From NCBI GenBank assembly GCA_963727895.1, contig CAVSHT010000005.1:1-64000 (forward strand): 64,000 nucleotides of DNA. The letters run 5' to 3'. The position numbers were made by a program, and so were the translations under genes. The notes below the pieces were generated by a model. The model worked only from the letters and a program-made list of their open reading frames with translations. It did not search any database and had not been told where the DNA came from. Below are positions 42,471-54,244 of the stretch, piece by piece (the stretch's first letter is position 1; every line of letters starts with the position of its first letter). Source of the DNA: an uncultured Methanosarcinaceae archaeon (GTDB lineage Archaea; Halobacteriota; Methanosarcinia; Methanosarcinales; Methanosarcinaceae).

Positions 42471-43847
42471 TTAAGGATAAGCACTTACATCTATATCTGT
42501 TTTTCCTGTTGATGAATAGTAGTTTCCTATTCCCAAAGGTGTCCCATCCATCATCATTGAACAGACGGATACGTCAGGATTTGTTATTCCTGATTCGTTT
42601 GCCAATGATGGGGATATTATGGTTCCGTTGCAAAAAATCTCAGAATAAGCATGTAAATCCATAATCAATAACCAAAAGTACAAATATTCAAAAAGATGTG
42701 TCAATATTATAGAACTATTCCAAATAATTGATTAATATATTTAGCTTCATTAAAGCCAGAGTAATTTAGGTTTTTGATTTGTCCTTTTTTAATCATATTC
42801 ATAGCTTCAATTCCTTTTAAAGTCTTAATAGCTGTGTTAAAAGACTGAAATCCTAACATTGGATTAACTATTCGTTTAATGGATCTATGATCTTGTTCTA
42901 TAATGTTATTCAAATACTTGATTTGTCGAATGCCTACGTTTATAGGTAGTATTTTATCATTTTTCAGTTTATCTATAGCAGGTGGATAAGCTGGATTTTT
43001 ATCAACTGTGATTACTCTTGGAATTTGATTATGATTAGAATTCAAAGCTTTCTTAAAGAAACGTTTTGCTGCTTTTTGATCTCGTTTTGCACTTAACATG
43101 AAATCAATTGTATCTCCATTTGAGTCAACTGCTCGGTAAAAATATTTCCATTTACCTTTAACTCTGATGTAAGTTTCATCAACTCTCCAAGAGTCGTTTG
43201 TTGGTCTTAAATGCCTTCTTACCTTCTTTTCGATTTCAGGAGAGTATTGATGTACCCATCTCATGATAGTACTGTGATCAACTTCTACTCCCCTCTCTGC
43301 CATCATTTCCTCTAAATTTCTATAACTTACTGGATATTTTAGGTACCATCTGACGTTTAATAAAATGATTTCTCCTTCGTAATGTTTCCACTTAAAGGAA
43401 TTAGATAGCATATTATCGTTCTATTGATTTTCTCCTTATTCAATTGAATCCTTATTATGATTTTTTGCAACAGAACCGATATTATTAATATATTTGCTAT
43501 ATTAGTATTAAGATCAATTAATCAACTGTCAGCAAACCGTTTGATGATGGATTCGAAGATGGAAAGAAAAGAACGGATACTTTCTTTGCACCATAATATT
43601 CTGTCACATATCTAATTAGTTATTCTTTTTTGCTCTCTGAAAATTGTACTGTCTTTTCTGATGTATTTGTGTTTTTAGATGTAGAAACTTGTGTTGCTTC
43701 TTTGTTTGCCCGTGAAATCTCTGTATGTACTGTTTCAGATTCAACTGATTTTTTAGCACCTTCATTTGAGTCCGTACATCCAAGGCACACAGTAAATCCA
43801 AGGATCAAAACAATTACAAAAATCACTTTTTTGTTATTCATAATCAC
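42471..43847 (-). pseudogene. Lipoprotein gene disrupted by IS6 and internal stops
   Basis: CLGC lipobox N-part at 43847-43620; removing IS6 plus one TSD gives the continuous frame DLNTNIANILIISPSLANESG..SAYP*. Confidence 0.65.
42621..43477 (-). mobile_element. IS6-family element with intact transposase ORF 42707-43411 and 8-bp TSD GATATTAT
   Basis: TIRs GGTTCCGTTGCAAAAAATC / GATTTTTTGCAACAGAACC; perfect flanking duplication. Confidence 0.95.
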
Positions 43848-44546
43848 ACCCTTTTCAGAATACCCAAATCATACTGTTTATTTTTAGTCATTCTCAATAG
43901 ATGGTGCAATCATTTTTTAATTTTATTATTTGTTTTTATGTTTAATTTTGTAGTTTAACGATGCTATTCTTCGTTCTTTTTGGGATCAGTTTCTTGTTTA
44001 ACAGGTTTTATTCACGGATTTATAGAGAAATAATAATTCTGAACTGAAAGTATTGAAGGCAAACAGATATACAATTTTAAGTATTCTAATTTTCAAATTC
44101 ACTACCATGAATCTTCATGAATATTTTGTAGATTCTAATATCCACTTATTTATTGCTTAATACTTTCAGTTCGCTATATTACTCTATTAATAAAAAGTCT
44201 GCATTCTGCTGTATGTATCAAAAACGGGGTAGTGTAAATCTAAAAATGGTTATTGGTAACCATAAGTAAAATCAATCGTCCTAAATTATAACTAATTATT
44301 TATAATAATTCATTTAATTATCTACCTTAGGCTTAATACACAAAATACAAGTTTAAGATTTTCAAAAAAGGTTCTTAAAACTCATAAATTCATATTATTT
44401 CTGGATTTCTTATAGATTCAACTTTAAGATTCAGGCTCTACTCTAACATAAATCCAGAATTTGCTCTGACTTTAAAACCTAATATACCAAAATACCAAAA
44501 TTTTCACCTAATCGATTCAACTGGACAAAAACCCGAGAGAAGGAAA

Positions 44547-47500
44547 ATGAAAAATATTGTTATTAAAGGGGCACGGGAGCATAACCTTAAAGACATCACA
44601 GTGGAACTCCCGCGGGACAAATTAATTGTTATTACAGGGGTATCAGGCTCAGGGAAATCCACCCTGGCTTTTGACACGATTTATGCCGAAGGACAGCGGC
44701 GCTATGTTGAATCCCTTTCGGCTTATGCACGGCAATTTTTAGGAATTATGAACAAGCCGGATGTGGACAGTATCGAAGGTTTATCTCCGGCAATTTCCAT
44801 TGAGCAGAAAACAACCTCAAAAAACCCAAGGAGTACCGTAGGGACGGTTACTGAAATTTATGATTATCTGAGGCTGCTTTTGTCAAGAGTCGGTACGCCT
44901 TATTGCCCGACCCACAACATAAAAATTGAGGCTCAGTCCCCTGAAAAGATTGCGGACAATCTCAGCAAAGAGTTTGAGGGCATGGTTACCATTCTTGCTC
45001 CTGTAGTCCGCCAGAAAAAAGGGACATACCAGCAGATCTTCAAAGAACTAAACAGCGAAGGCTTTACACGGATGAGGGTAAACGGCGAAATCCACAGGAC
45101 TGACGACGAAATCACCCTTGACCGCTACAAAAAACATGATATTGAAGTTGTTATTGACAGGCTGGACCCTTCTGAAGATCGCTCAAGGATTGTCGAAGCC
45201 TGTGAAATCGCTCTCAAAAAAGCAGACGGGCTCTTAATTGCAGTTGATTCAAAGGGAAAAGACCACCTATATTCCTCGAACATGGCCTGTCCGGTCTGTG
45301 GCATGGCTTTTGAAGAACTCCAGCCCAGAATGTTTTCCTTCAACAGTCCTTTCGGGGCATGTGAAGCCTGCAATGGGCTAGGGTTTAAGATGGAGTTCGA
45401 CCCTGACCTCATTATTCCTAATAAAACTCTCTGTATTGCAGACGGTGCAGTCGCCATATACAGAAATTTCCTGGACGGTTACCGGAGTCAATATTTAGCA
45501 GCCGTGGCAAAACATTTAGGTTTTGATATATTCACTCCTATTGAAGATCTCACAGATGAACAGTATAATGTTCTCATGTACGGCTCAGACGAACGTATAC
45601 AGTTCAGCATGAGCATGAAAAACGGAGATGCAAAATGGTCTCATAAAGGTGCCTGGGAAGGTTTGCTCCCGCAGTCTGAGAGGCTTTACAGACAGACAAA
45701 ATCCGAGTACCGTCGAAAGGAACTTGAAAAATTCATGCAGGTCAAGCTCTGCCCAAAATGTGAAGGCAAACGCCTGAAGGAAAAAGTACTTGCAGTAAAA
45801 TTTGGCGGGAAGTCCATTGTAGATATAGCAGATCTCTCAATTCTGGAATGCATCAGGTTTTTTGAAACCGTAGAGCTCTCAGAAATGGAAAAAGAAATCT
45901 CAAAGCAGGTCTTAAAGGAGATTAACTTCAGGCTCGGTTTCCTTGAGCATGTAGGGCTCAACTACCTCACTCTTTCCCGCAATACAGGCACTCTCTCAGG
46001 CGGAGAAGCTCAGAGAATTAGGTTGGCTACCCAGATTGGTTCAAACCTCATGGGAGTGCTCTATGTTCTCGACGAACCTTCAATAGGGCTGCATCAAAGA
46101 GACAACGAGCGGCTAATCCAGACACTCCAGACCTTGCAGGATCTGGGAAATACCCTGATAGTCGTGGAACATGATGAAGATACTATTAGGGCTGCGGACT
46201 ATGTGCTTGATATTGGGCCCGGTGCAGGTGTTCATGGAGGATATGTGGTAGCCGAAGGTACCCCTGAAGAAATTGAGAAAAATCCGGAATCTCTGACTGG
46301 TCAGTATCTATCAGGAGAGAAACAGATAAAACTGCCTGCTCTTCGTCGTCACAGCGACGCGTTCATCAGGTTGAAAGGATGCAGGGCAAACAACCTCAAG
46401 AATATAGATGTAAATATTCCCATAGGGGTACTGACCATTGTTACAGGTGTTTCTGGTTCCGGAAAGTCCACGTTAATTTACGATACCCTTTACAAAGCCT
46501 TGACTAAGAAGATAAATAAATCAAATGTAACGCCAGGAGACTATGACAAGCTGGTTTTTGATTCCGAGATAGATAAGGTAATCGTTATTGATCAGAGCCC
46601 TATTGGTAGAACTCCTCGCTCAAACCCTGCCACTTATATCAAGGTATTTGATACCATAAGGCAGACTTTTGCCGAAACCAAGGAAGCAAAAATACGGGGT
46701 TATAAAAGTGGACGTTTTTCTTTCAACGTAAAAGGAGGGCGCTGTGAAGCCTGCCAGGGAGACGGACTGATAAAAATCGAAATGAACTTCCTGCCTGATG
46801 TATATATTGAATGCGAGGAATGCAAAGGTACACGCTATAACCAGGAAACCCTCGAAGTAAAGTACAGGGGCAAGTCGATTGCAGAAGTCCTTGATATGAC
46901 TGTAGAAGAGGCTGCCGAACACTTTGAAAACATCCCTGCAATCAAACGCAAACTCGATACTCTAGTCAAAGTTGGGCTGGGCTATATCAAGCTCGGTCAG
47001 AGCTCAACAACGCTTTCTGGTGGGGAAGCTCAGAGGATCAAACTTACAAGAGAACTCTCTAAAAAGTGTACTGGAAAGACAATTTATCTTCTTGATGAAC
47101 CAACAACTGGGCTTCACTTTCATGATGTCAAAAAGCTAATCGCAGTTCTCAACAGGCTTGTCGAAAAAGGAAACACCGTGGTTGTAATAGAGCACAACCT
47201 GGATGTAATTAAATCAGCAGACTATATCATTGACCTGGGTCCTGAAGGCGGAAATGAAGGCGGGGAAATTATTGCCGAAGGAACACCTGAGGAAGTATCC
47301 ATAGTTCAGGGAAGTTATACTGCTCGTTTTCTTGCTCCAAAACTTTCAGCGTCTTATCCCGATATGTCAGAGGAAGAACCTGTAGATTTTGTTTTTGAAG
47401 AAGGGGAATCTTTTGAGGAAGAGTCTGAAGAGGACGAATCTGAAGAATTTGAAAATGATACTGATGATGAGGATTCCAAATGCTTAGAGGAAGATTTTGA

Positions 47501-47582
47501 CAAAGATCTTAATGAAGATTCCAGAGGTTTCAAACACAGTAAACATGGAACTGATAAAACGCTTGAAGAACATTTGATTTAA
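44547..47582 (+). CDS. uvrA: Excinuclease ABC subunit A with acidic tail
   Basis: GAREHNLK, two GVSGSGKS and LSGGEAQR motifs, Zn fingers. Confidence 0.97.
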   Translation: MKNIVIKGAREHNLKDITVELPRDKLIVITGVSGSGKSTLAFDTIYAEGQRRYVESLSAYARQFLGIMNKPDVDSIEGLSPAISIEQKTTSKNPRSTVGTVTEIYDYLRLLLSRVGTPYCPTHNIKIEAQSPEKIADNLSKEFEGMVTILAPVVRQKKGTYQQIFKELNSEGFTRMRVNGEIHRTDDEITLDRYKKHDIEVVIDRLDPSEDRSRIVEACEIALKKADGLLIAVDSKGKDHLYSSNMACPVCGMAFEELQPRMFSFNSPFGACEACNGLGFKMEFDPDLIIPNKTLCIADGAVAIYRNFLDGYRSQYLAAVAKHLGFDIFTPIEDLTDEQYNVLMYGSDERIQFSMSMKNGDAKWSHKGAWEGLLPQSERLYRQTKSEYRRKELEKFMQVKLCPKCEGKRLKEKVLAVKFGGKSIVDIADLSILECIRFFETVELSEMEKEISKQVLKEINFRLGFLEHVGLNYLTLSRNTGTLSGGEAQRIRLATQIGSNLMGVLYVLDEPSIGLHQRDNERLIQTLQTLQDLGNTLIVVEHDEDTIRAADYVLDIGPGAGVHGGYVVAEGTPEEIEKNPESLTGQYLSGEKQIKLPALRRHSDAFIRLKGCRANNLKNIDVNIPIGVLTIVTGVSGSGKSTLIYDTLYKALTKKINKSNVTPGDYDKLVFDSEIDKVIVIDQSPIGRTPRSNPATYIKVFDTIRQTFAETKEAKIRGYKSGRFSFNVKGGRCEACQGDGLIKIEMNFLPDVYIECEECKGTRYNQETLEVKYRGKSIAEVLDMTVEEAAEHFENIPAIKRKLDTLVKVGLGYIKLGQSSTTLSGGEAQRIKLTRELSKKCTGKTIYLLDEPTTGLHFHDVKKLIAVLNRLVEKGNTVVVIEHNLDVIKSADYIIDLGPEGGNEGGEIIAEGTPEEVSIVQGSYTARFLAPKLSASYPDMSEEEPVDFVFEEGESFEEESEEDESEEFENDTDDEDSKCLEEDFDKDLNEDSRGFKHSKHGTDKTLEEHLI

Positions 47583-47615
47583 AAAGACTAAAAAACTTAA
47601 ATTAGAGGTTTAAAA

Positions 47616-49175
47616 ATGATTGATCTGGAGGTTCTTCCCCACCTGCCTGGATGTTATCTCTTCAAAAATGAAGAAGGAACTGTGATGTATGTAGGCAAGG
47701 CAAAAGATCTTAAAAAGCGGGTGAGTAGCTATTTCCAGAAACGAGACCATGACCCAAAAACCGAAAGTCTTGTGCAGGCTGTAAAAGATCTTGATTTTAT
47801 TGTGACGAACACAGAAGTCGAGGCTTTCCTCCTGGAAAATACCCTTATCAAGAAGCACTGGCCTTGGTACAATATAGCTCTCAAGGATTCTAAAAGATAT
47901 GCCTGCATTCATTTAACCGATGAAAAGTTTCCAAGGATCAGACTCGCTCGGAAAAAAGCAGATGGTGGAAGCTTTTTTGGACCCTTTGTATCGGCAAAGG
48001 AAAGAAATTATATTTTTGAGGTTGTAAGAAAGACCTTTCAGCTTAGAACCTGCAAACAAATGCCGAAACGAGCCTGTCTTCGATATCATATAGCTGTATG
48101 TAGTGGTCCCTGCATAGGGACAGTTTCTATAGAAGATTATGATGAAAAAGTAAAAAAAGCTGCCTCTGTACTGAAAGGCAACATCAAAGAGCTTATCGAG
48201 TCTATGGAAAAGGACATGAGAGATCTGGCATCAAGGCAGCAATTTGAGCAGGCTATGGCTCTCAGAGATGAAATTGCAGCCCTTGAACATCTCCAGGAAA
48301 AGCAAAATATGGAGAGGCAAAAAAAGCATAACGAGGACATCCTGAACTACATTGTCAGGGACGATACTGTTTATCTTATGCTTTTCAAGGTCTACAAAGG
48401 TACGCTTGAAGACAAGCAGGATTATGTTTTTGCCTTAGGGGAAAATTTTTTGGAAGAATTTCTGGTTCAGTATTATTCCGAGAACGAGCCTCCTGAAGAA
48501 CTAATCTTGCCTGAGGCTCTAGATGAATCTTTTACTGATTTTCTTTCACATCTTAAGGGAACAAAAGTCAAAGTTACGGTTCCAAAACAAGGCGAGAAAA
48601 AGGAGCTTCTTGATCTTGCCCTGAAAAATGTTGAAATCGGCTTCTTTGGAGACCGGAAAAAACTTGAAGCTCTGCAAAGTAAACTTTCCCTTTCAAAACT
48701 TCCTAATGTTATAGAATGTTTCGATATTTCCCATCTTTCAGGTACGTCCACGGTTGGCTCAATGGTTCAGTTCCGTGGAGGCAGACCTGATAAACATAAT
48801 TATCGCCGTTTTAAGATCGAAAGCGTTGAAGGGATTGACGATTTTGCTTCCATTGCCGAGGTTGTGCGCAGGCGTTATTCCCGTTTGCTTGAAGATAAAC
48901 ATGACCTTCCTGACCTTATTATTATAGATGGGGGAAAAGGGCAACTATCTTCAGCTTTCCAGGAACTTAGAACATTAAAGCTCAGAGTTCCTATTATCTC
49001 TATAGCCAAGAGGGAAGAAGAAATCTATGTTCCCGGGGTCAAGTCTCCTCTTCCCATAAAAAGAGAAGATAAAGCCTCACTTTTTGTCCAGGAGATTCGA
49101 GACGAAGCCCACAGGTTTGCAATTACCTATAACCGTTTACTGAGGCAAAAATCACTGATTCCTAAAAATCAGTGA
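47616..49175 (+). CDS. uvrC: Excinuclease ABC subunit C
   Basis: GIY-YIG PGCY..YVGKA, ECFDISH, IDGGKGQ, RDEAHRFA. Confidence 0.95.
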   Translation: MIDLEVLPHLPGCYLFKNEEGTVMYVGKAKDLKKRVSSYFQKRDHDPKTESLVQAVKDLDFIVTNTEVEAFLLENTLIKKHWPWYNIALKDSKRYACIHLTDEKFPRIRLARKKADGGSFFGPFVSAKERNYIFEVVRKTFQLRTCKQMPKRACLRYHIAVCSGPCIGTVSIEDYDEKVKKAASVLKGNIKELIESMEKDMRDLASRQQFEQAMALRDEIAALEHLQEKQNMERQKKHNEDILNYIVRDDTVYLMLFKVYKGTLEDKQDYVFALGENFLEEFLVQYYSENEPPEELILPEALDESFTDFLSHLKGTKVKVTVPKQGEKKELLDLALKNVEIGFFGDRKKLEALQSKLSLSKLPNVIECFDISHLSGTSTVGSMVQFRGGRPDKHNYRRFKIESVEGIDDFASIAEVVRRRYSRLLEDKHDLPDLIIIDGGKGQLSSAFQELRTLKLRVPIISIAKREEEIYVPGVKSPLPIKREDKASLFVQEIRDEAHRFAITYNRLLRQKSLIPKNQ

Positions 49176-49284
49176 GTTCCTAATAATAATCGGTATTGTG
49201 TATAACAACATAAGTGTAACGTGTAACAGGCGTAACAACATAATTTCCATACTTTGACAATTAATATTTTAAGGTCTTGATTTT

Positions 49285-51298
49285 ATGAGCTCCCCTAACC
49301 AACAATCTCAAACTTTCTCTCATAAATTCGCAGAAACAATACGTGATGCTCGATATTGGGACAGCCCGCAGTTCAAGCTGGTTTCCGATTTTGAGCCAAA
49401 GGGTTCTCAACCTCAAGCAATCGAAAAACTTATTGAGGGACTGAAAAAAGGGGAGCAGTACCAGACCTTACTTGGGGTAACAGGTTCAGGGAAAACCTAT
49501 ACCGTTGCAAACGTTATAAATCAGATCAAAAAACCGACCATTGTTATTGCTCATAATAAAACCCTTGTTGCCCAGCTTTATAATGAGTTCAGGGAGTTTT
49601 TCCCTGAAAACAGAGTAGAGTATTTTGTTTCCTATTACGATTATTATCAGCCTGAATCTTATCTTCCTTCTAAGGATCAATATATTGAAAAGGATGCCCA
49701 GATCAATCCGAAAATCGAACAGATGCGGCTTGCTGCTACTGCTTCCCTTATGTCGCGTCAGGACGTTATTGTAGTGGCATCTGTATCATGTATTTACGGA
49801 CTTGGCAATCCTGAAAATTTCCAGAAAATGGGTTTTGAATTAAAGGTAGGAGATAAGGTTCAGAGAAAAGAGATCCTGCAAAAACTTGTTGAAATCCAGT
49901 TTGAGCGCAATGATCTTGAACTTATGCCAGGGCGCTTTCGGGTAAAAGGAGATACTATTGATATTATTCCCGGATATTTTGACAACATTATTCGGATTGA
50001 ACTCTTCGGAGATGAGATTGACCGGATATCCGAAGTTGACAAGCAGACAGGACAGCGAACGGAAAGCATGGATTATTTCTTTATTTATCCTGCCAGACAT
50101 TATGTAATTCCTGAGGAGGAACAGAAAAGTGCAATTCAGTCCATCCTCGAAGAGCTCGAAGAACACCTTCCTGAACTTGGACTCCTTGAGTCGCACAGGT
50201 TGAAACAGCGCACGATTTATGACATGGAAATGATCCAGGAAACCGGCAGTTGCAAGGGCATTGAAAACTACTCCAGGCATTTTGACCACAGGCAACTGGG
50301 AGAACAGCCTTTCTGCTTGCTTGACTATTTCCCTGAGGATTTCCTGATGATAATCGATGAGAGTCACCAGACCATTCCACAGCTTCACGGAATGTACAAC
50401 GGAGACCGCTCAAGAAAGAAGAACCTTGTTGACTATGGGTTCAGGCTTCCGAGTGCCTACGATAACAGGCCTCTAAAGTTCGATGAGTTTGAGAAGTACA
50501 TGAAAAATGTTATCTTTGTTTCGGCTACTCCATCAGATTATGAACATGATCATTCAGCTCAGATCGTGGAGCAGATCATCCGTCCTACAGGACTTGTTGA
50601 CCCTGAAGTGGAAATTCGTTCTCTTGAAGGTCAGGTAAGGGATGTCATGAAAGAAGTCCGAAAGATTATTGAAAGGGGAGATCGTTCCCTTGTGACTACC
50701 CTGACAAAAAAGCTTGCGGAAGAACTTACTGAGTACCTTGCAAGGAACGAAATAAAAGCTCGCTACCTGCACTCGGACATCAAAACGATGGAACGAACTG
50801 AGATTATCCGTGAACTCCGACTTGGAAAATTTGATGTCCTTGTCGGGATCAACCTACTCAGAGAAGGGCTTGATATTCCAGAAGTGGGTTTCATTGGCAT
50901 CCTGGATGCGGATAAAGAAGGTTTCCTGAGAAACTCAAAAAGTCTTATTCAGACAATAGGGCGTGCAGCTCGAAACGCCAACTCGAAGGTTGTCCTGTAT
51001 GCCGACAATATGACAGATTCCATCAAAAAAGCTGTTAATGAGACTGAACGCCGTCGCTCCATGCAGATTGCCTATAATAAAGAACACGGCATCGTCCCGA
51101 CAACCATCAGTAAACCCATTCGTGAAAAGATCATAGATATCACCGATACCAAACACATTCCCGAAAGCCGAGATTTCCAATATGATCATCGAACTTGATC
51201 TCGAAATGAGGGACGCTGCTGACAGGCTGGACTTTGAAAGGGCAATTCAGGTGAGAGAATTAATAAAGAAACTAGAGAAAGAGATTAAAGTAGTTTGA
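49285..51298 (+). CDS. uvrB: Excinuclease ABC subunit B; +1 frameshift near 51160 truncates the ORF at 51198
   Basis: [29 protein letters not shown] domain ..[19 protein letters not shown] lies in the shifted frame. Confidence 0.93.
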
Positions 51299-51402
51299 GA
51301 ATATAGTATCCTGAGAAAAAGTGACTTGAGAGGAAAATAGCTTTAAAATAAAATATACTCAGAGGTTGGACGAAAAGGAAAAATTTTGTTAAACTAAGGT
51401 AA

Positions 51403-52212
51403 TTACAGATTTTTACCGCCATAGGATCTAACATGGTTCCAGGCTTTATGATGGTTTGCAAAAAGATCCTTATCTGTGTATATAGCAGCATTTTCCCTAT
51501 TATATACCACTCTATCGTTTCCTATTGGGCAGACCTTAATACATATACCACAGGGTGAAATGTGGCGCTTGTTTAATTCAGCGCTGTAAGAAGAACAGGC
51601 TTTCTTATCTGTCAGTCCGTTGGGGTAATCTTCTTTATTAAGAGCATTTGATGGGCACACTTTTACACAAAGCATACAACGGTTGCAAAGCTGAGTTTCC
51701 AGCATTGGATCTTGAGGAAGTTCGGCTGTTGACAGAATTGAACCTAAACGGACCCTGGGGCCATATTCAGGTGTAAGGAGCGTATTATTTACCCCAAAAG
51801 TTCCAAGTCCAGCGAGCAAAGCAGCATGTCTGTGAGAAAAGAATGCAGTAGGATTTTCAATGAGTACCTGAACGCTTCCATACCCGTCTCTAGGTACGAA
51901 AACAGACGGGTATCCTCTATCTGTCAGGAAATTGGCGAGCCTATATGTGTATTGATCCAGTAAGGTGTTTATAGTATTGTACAGTTCGTGATAATATAAA
52001 GAAGGGGATGTCTCCAACACCGGTAGAGGAACCGGTAGTCCGATAACTATCACCGATTTTGCTTCAGGGTATATGAATTGAGGATAGAATTCTTCAGGCA
52101 TCCATGGCAAAAAAGGAGGATTACTCCATCTCTCAACACTGGCAACTCCAACCAGAGGTATATCCATACTTTCGCATTTCTGCAGGAGGGCTTTTTTTAG
52201 ATCTTCATTCAT
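51403..52212 (-). CDS. Epoxyqueuosine reductase-like Fe-S protein
   Basis: SHRHAALLAGLG, YGPRVRL, CNRCMLCVKVCP, CGICIKVCP. Confidence 0.8.
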   Translation of the reverse strand: MNEDLKKALLQKCESMDIPLVGVASVERWSNPPFLPWMPEEFYPQFIYPEAKSVIVIGLPVPLPVLETSPSLYYHELYNTINTLLDQYTYRLANFLTDRGYPSVFVPRDGYGSVQVLIENPTAFFSHRHAALLAGLGTFGVNNTLLTPEYGPRVRLGSILSTAELPQDPMLETQLCNRCMLCVKVCPSNALNKEDYPNGLTDKKACSSYSAELNKRHISPCGICIKVCPIGNDRVVYNRENAAIYTDKDLFANHHKAWNHVRSYGGKNL

Positions 52213-52381
52213 AGATTCATCCCTTCTTTATAATTCATTATTGCTACAGGGAAATAGTTTTGTCTACTCATTTGAACGTTTCCACTCATAATAAGTCCAG
52301 AATTTTCCAAAAAGAGGAAACTGATTTAATTACTTTGGATAAATTTATATCAATTTTGAATTGAAGAATAACCAGGATAAA

Positions 52382-52576
52382 TCAAAAAGAATGGAACCTA
52401 TTGTATATATTTAAAATCAAGGTTATAACGAAATACAGAATTAGAGATCCTATTAATGATACCAAAATTGACATTGAAATTATTCCGAAATCAAGTTCTC
52501 TAGATAATAATATCATAGGAATGAAAAGAATTGCAAAGAAAATGATAAGCAGTAATTGAGAAGGTTTCTTCTTCAT
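52382..52576 (-). CDS. Small two-TM membrane protein
   Basis: GAGGTGA RBS; two hydrophobic segments. Confidence 0.55.
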   Translation of the reverse strand: MKKKPSQLLLIIFFAILFIPMILLSRELDFGIISMSILVSLIGSLILYFVITLILNIYNRFHSF

Positions 52577-52798
52577 GTTAATTCACCTCATAAATTAACA
52601 CCCAACTTATAGTTTTTTTAAACGGGAATATTTTTTAGATTCATACTACCATTTAATCTTAAATTTAGAAGAATTGTAAAAGGAATCTTATACTCATGCT
52701 TTCTATGCTTCAATTCCAAAATATCCATAAACCTGAAAGTTCTAATTTGTTCCTTGATTGGTTAACTCTTCCTTAAATCTGGATTTTAAACTTTCAGA

Positions 52799-53170
52799 TT
52801 AAATATAATATTCAACATAGAAGCGGTAAGTAACCTGCAGTTCTTCTAGCTCCCTGGGTTCCAGTTCAAAATCAGGCTGGCTGGTTTTGTAAAGTTTTCC
52901 CCCTAAATTTTTGAATGTTATTTCGCACTTTATATTTTCAGGAAGCTGAGACTCAAAGCTACGGCATTTATTACGAATTTCCAAAACAATCTTTTCGATT
53001 TCTTCGGGACTGAAGACTTTTTTCTTTTCAGGACTGTAATTTACTTCAACTATCAATTCTTCTTTACTCGTCAAATCAGCCCAGAAACCTGAAAGTTCGG
53101 TTCCTTCTATTTTGTAGTCCTGAAGTTCAAAACTTCTTGTAATTGTATTCTTCATTTTGCTCTCTTCCAT
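52799..53170 (-). CDS. Hypothetical protein
   Basis: Clean ORF with upstream TATA. Confidence 0.6.
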   Translation of the reverse strand: MEESKMKNTITRSFELQDYKIEGTELSGFWADLTSKEELIVEVNYSPEKKKVFSPEEIEKIVLEIRNKCRSFESQLPENIKCEITFKNLGGKLYKTSQPDFELEPRELEELQVTYRFYVEYYI

Positions 53171-53380
53171 ATGTTTAGTTTTGAAAGTGGATATATATAA
53201 ACTATCTTAAAAACAAAACAGATTCTTAAGAATTTAATGATTTGTTTACATAGGCACATGGAAGCGAAAATTTAAATCCTTTTGCGGGAGATTCCCGAAA
53301 ATGTAGGAAAAACAATTAATTTATCAATAAATCCATTTATTAACTAATCATTTTATCGATTTATTAACTAATCAATTTAT

Positions 53381-54120
53381 GGTATTGTTACTTAACTATA
53401 TCTAGTTCTTTATTTCTGTATTTCATCAATAGAATAACCGAGTACTTTAGCATTTCAAGACTTTTTGTATAACACTTTGTCTTTCTTCTTAATCTTGCTA
53501 GAAAATGTCTCAATATGCTGTTATATCCCTCAACTGTAAATGTTTCTGCTTTTGATTGAGTATGGATCTTTTCTGGAAGAAACTCTGCATATGCCCTCCA
53601 GTGATCTGTCATCACTTCTCCAATCTCTTTTTTCTTCAATTTTTCCCAGAGTAGTTTTCCAGTTTCCGTTCCTCTGCTACCAAAAGAGCAGTTGATAAAC
53701 TTTTTCCCAACTCTATCAACAGCAATCCAGATCCAGCAATATTTTTTTTGTTACCGATGTAAGTGTGCATCTCATCCATTTCAACAATAGATATCTCATT
53801 TTCGCTTTTTAGGTCCTCTAACTCCTGACCAAATTTCTTGATCCATCTTTGGACAGAAACATGACTCACCCCTAAAACTCTTCCTATTGAACGAAAGCCC
53901 AATCCTTCAAGATAAAGTTGTAAAGCCTGTTTTTTAACAGAGACGGAAAAAGCAGTTGATTTTAGCTCTACTGTATAGTTATAACCACAATCAGAGCATT
54001 TGTACCGTTGACGCCCGCCAACTATACCATTATTTTTGTGACTGGAACTATTGCATCTGGGGCAGTTCATGAAGAAATATACTTTCTAATAGTATATAAC
54101 TATGTTTAAGTATCAATGCC
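53381..54120 (-). mobile_element. IS1-family copy F, apparently intact (ATG, A8 -1 slip site), 8-bp TSD CAATTTAT
   Basis: Perfect flanking duplication; insA ORF 54070-53636 and open insB. Confidence 0.95.
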
Positions 54121-54244
54121 CAATTTATTAACTAATCAATGAAAGTATGCAAACGGTAAAAACAGGAATAAGAATAGCAATTAGAATTCTCCATTGAATC
54201 TCAGATTAAGAATCCAAATTAATATAGTAATTAAAGAGGTAAGT

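Noticed and set aside
44247..44460. Inverted repeats upstream of uvrA (TGGTTA-4-TAACCA; TTCTGGATTT..AAATCCAGAA) as damage-response operators
   Set aside because: Short, not repeated elsewhere in the window, plausible by chance
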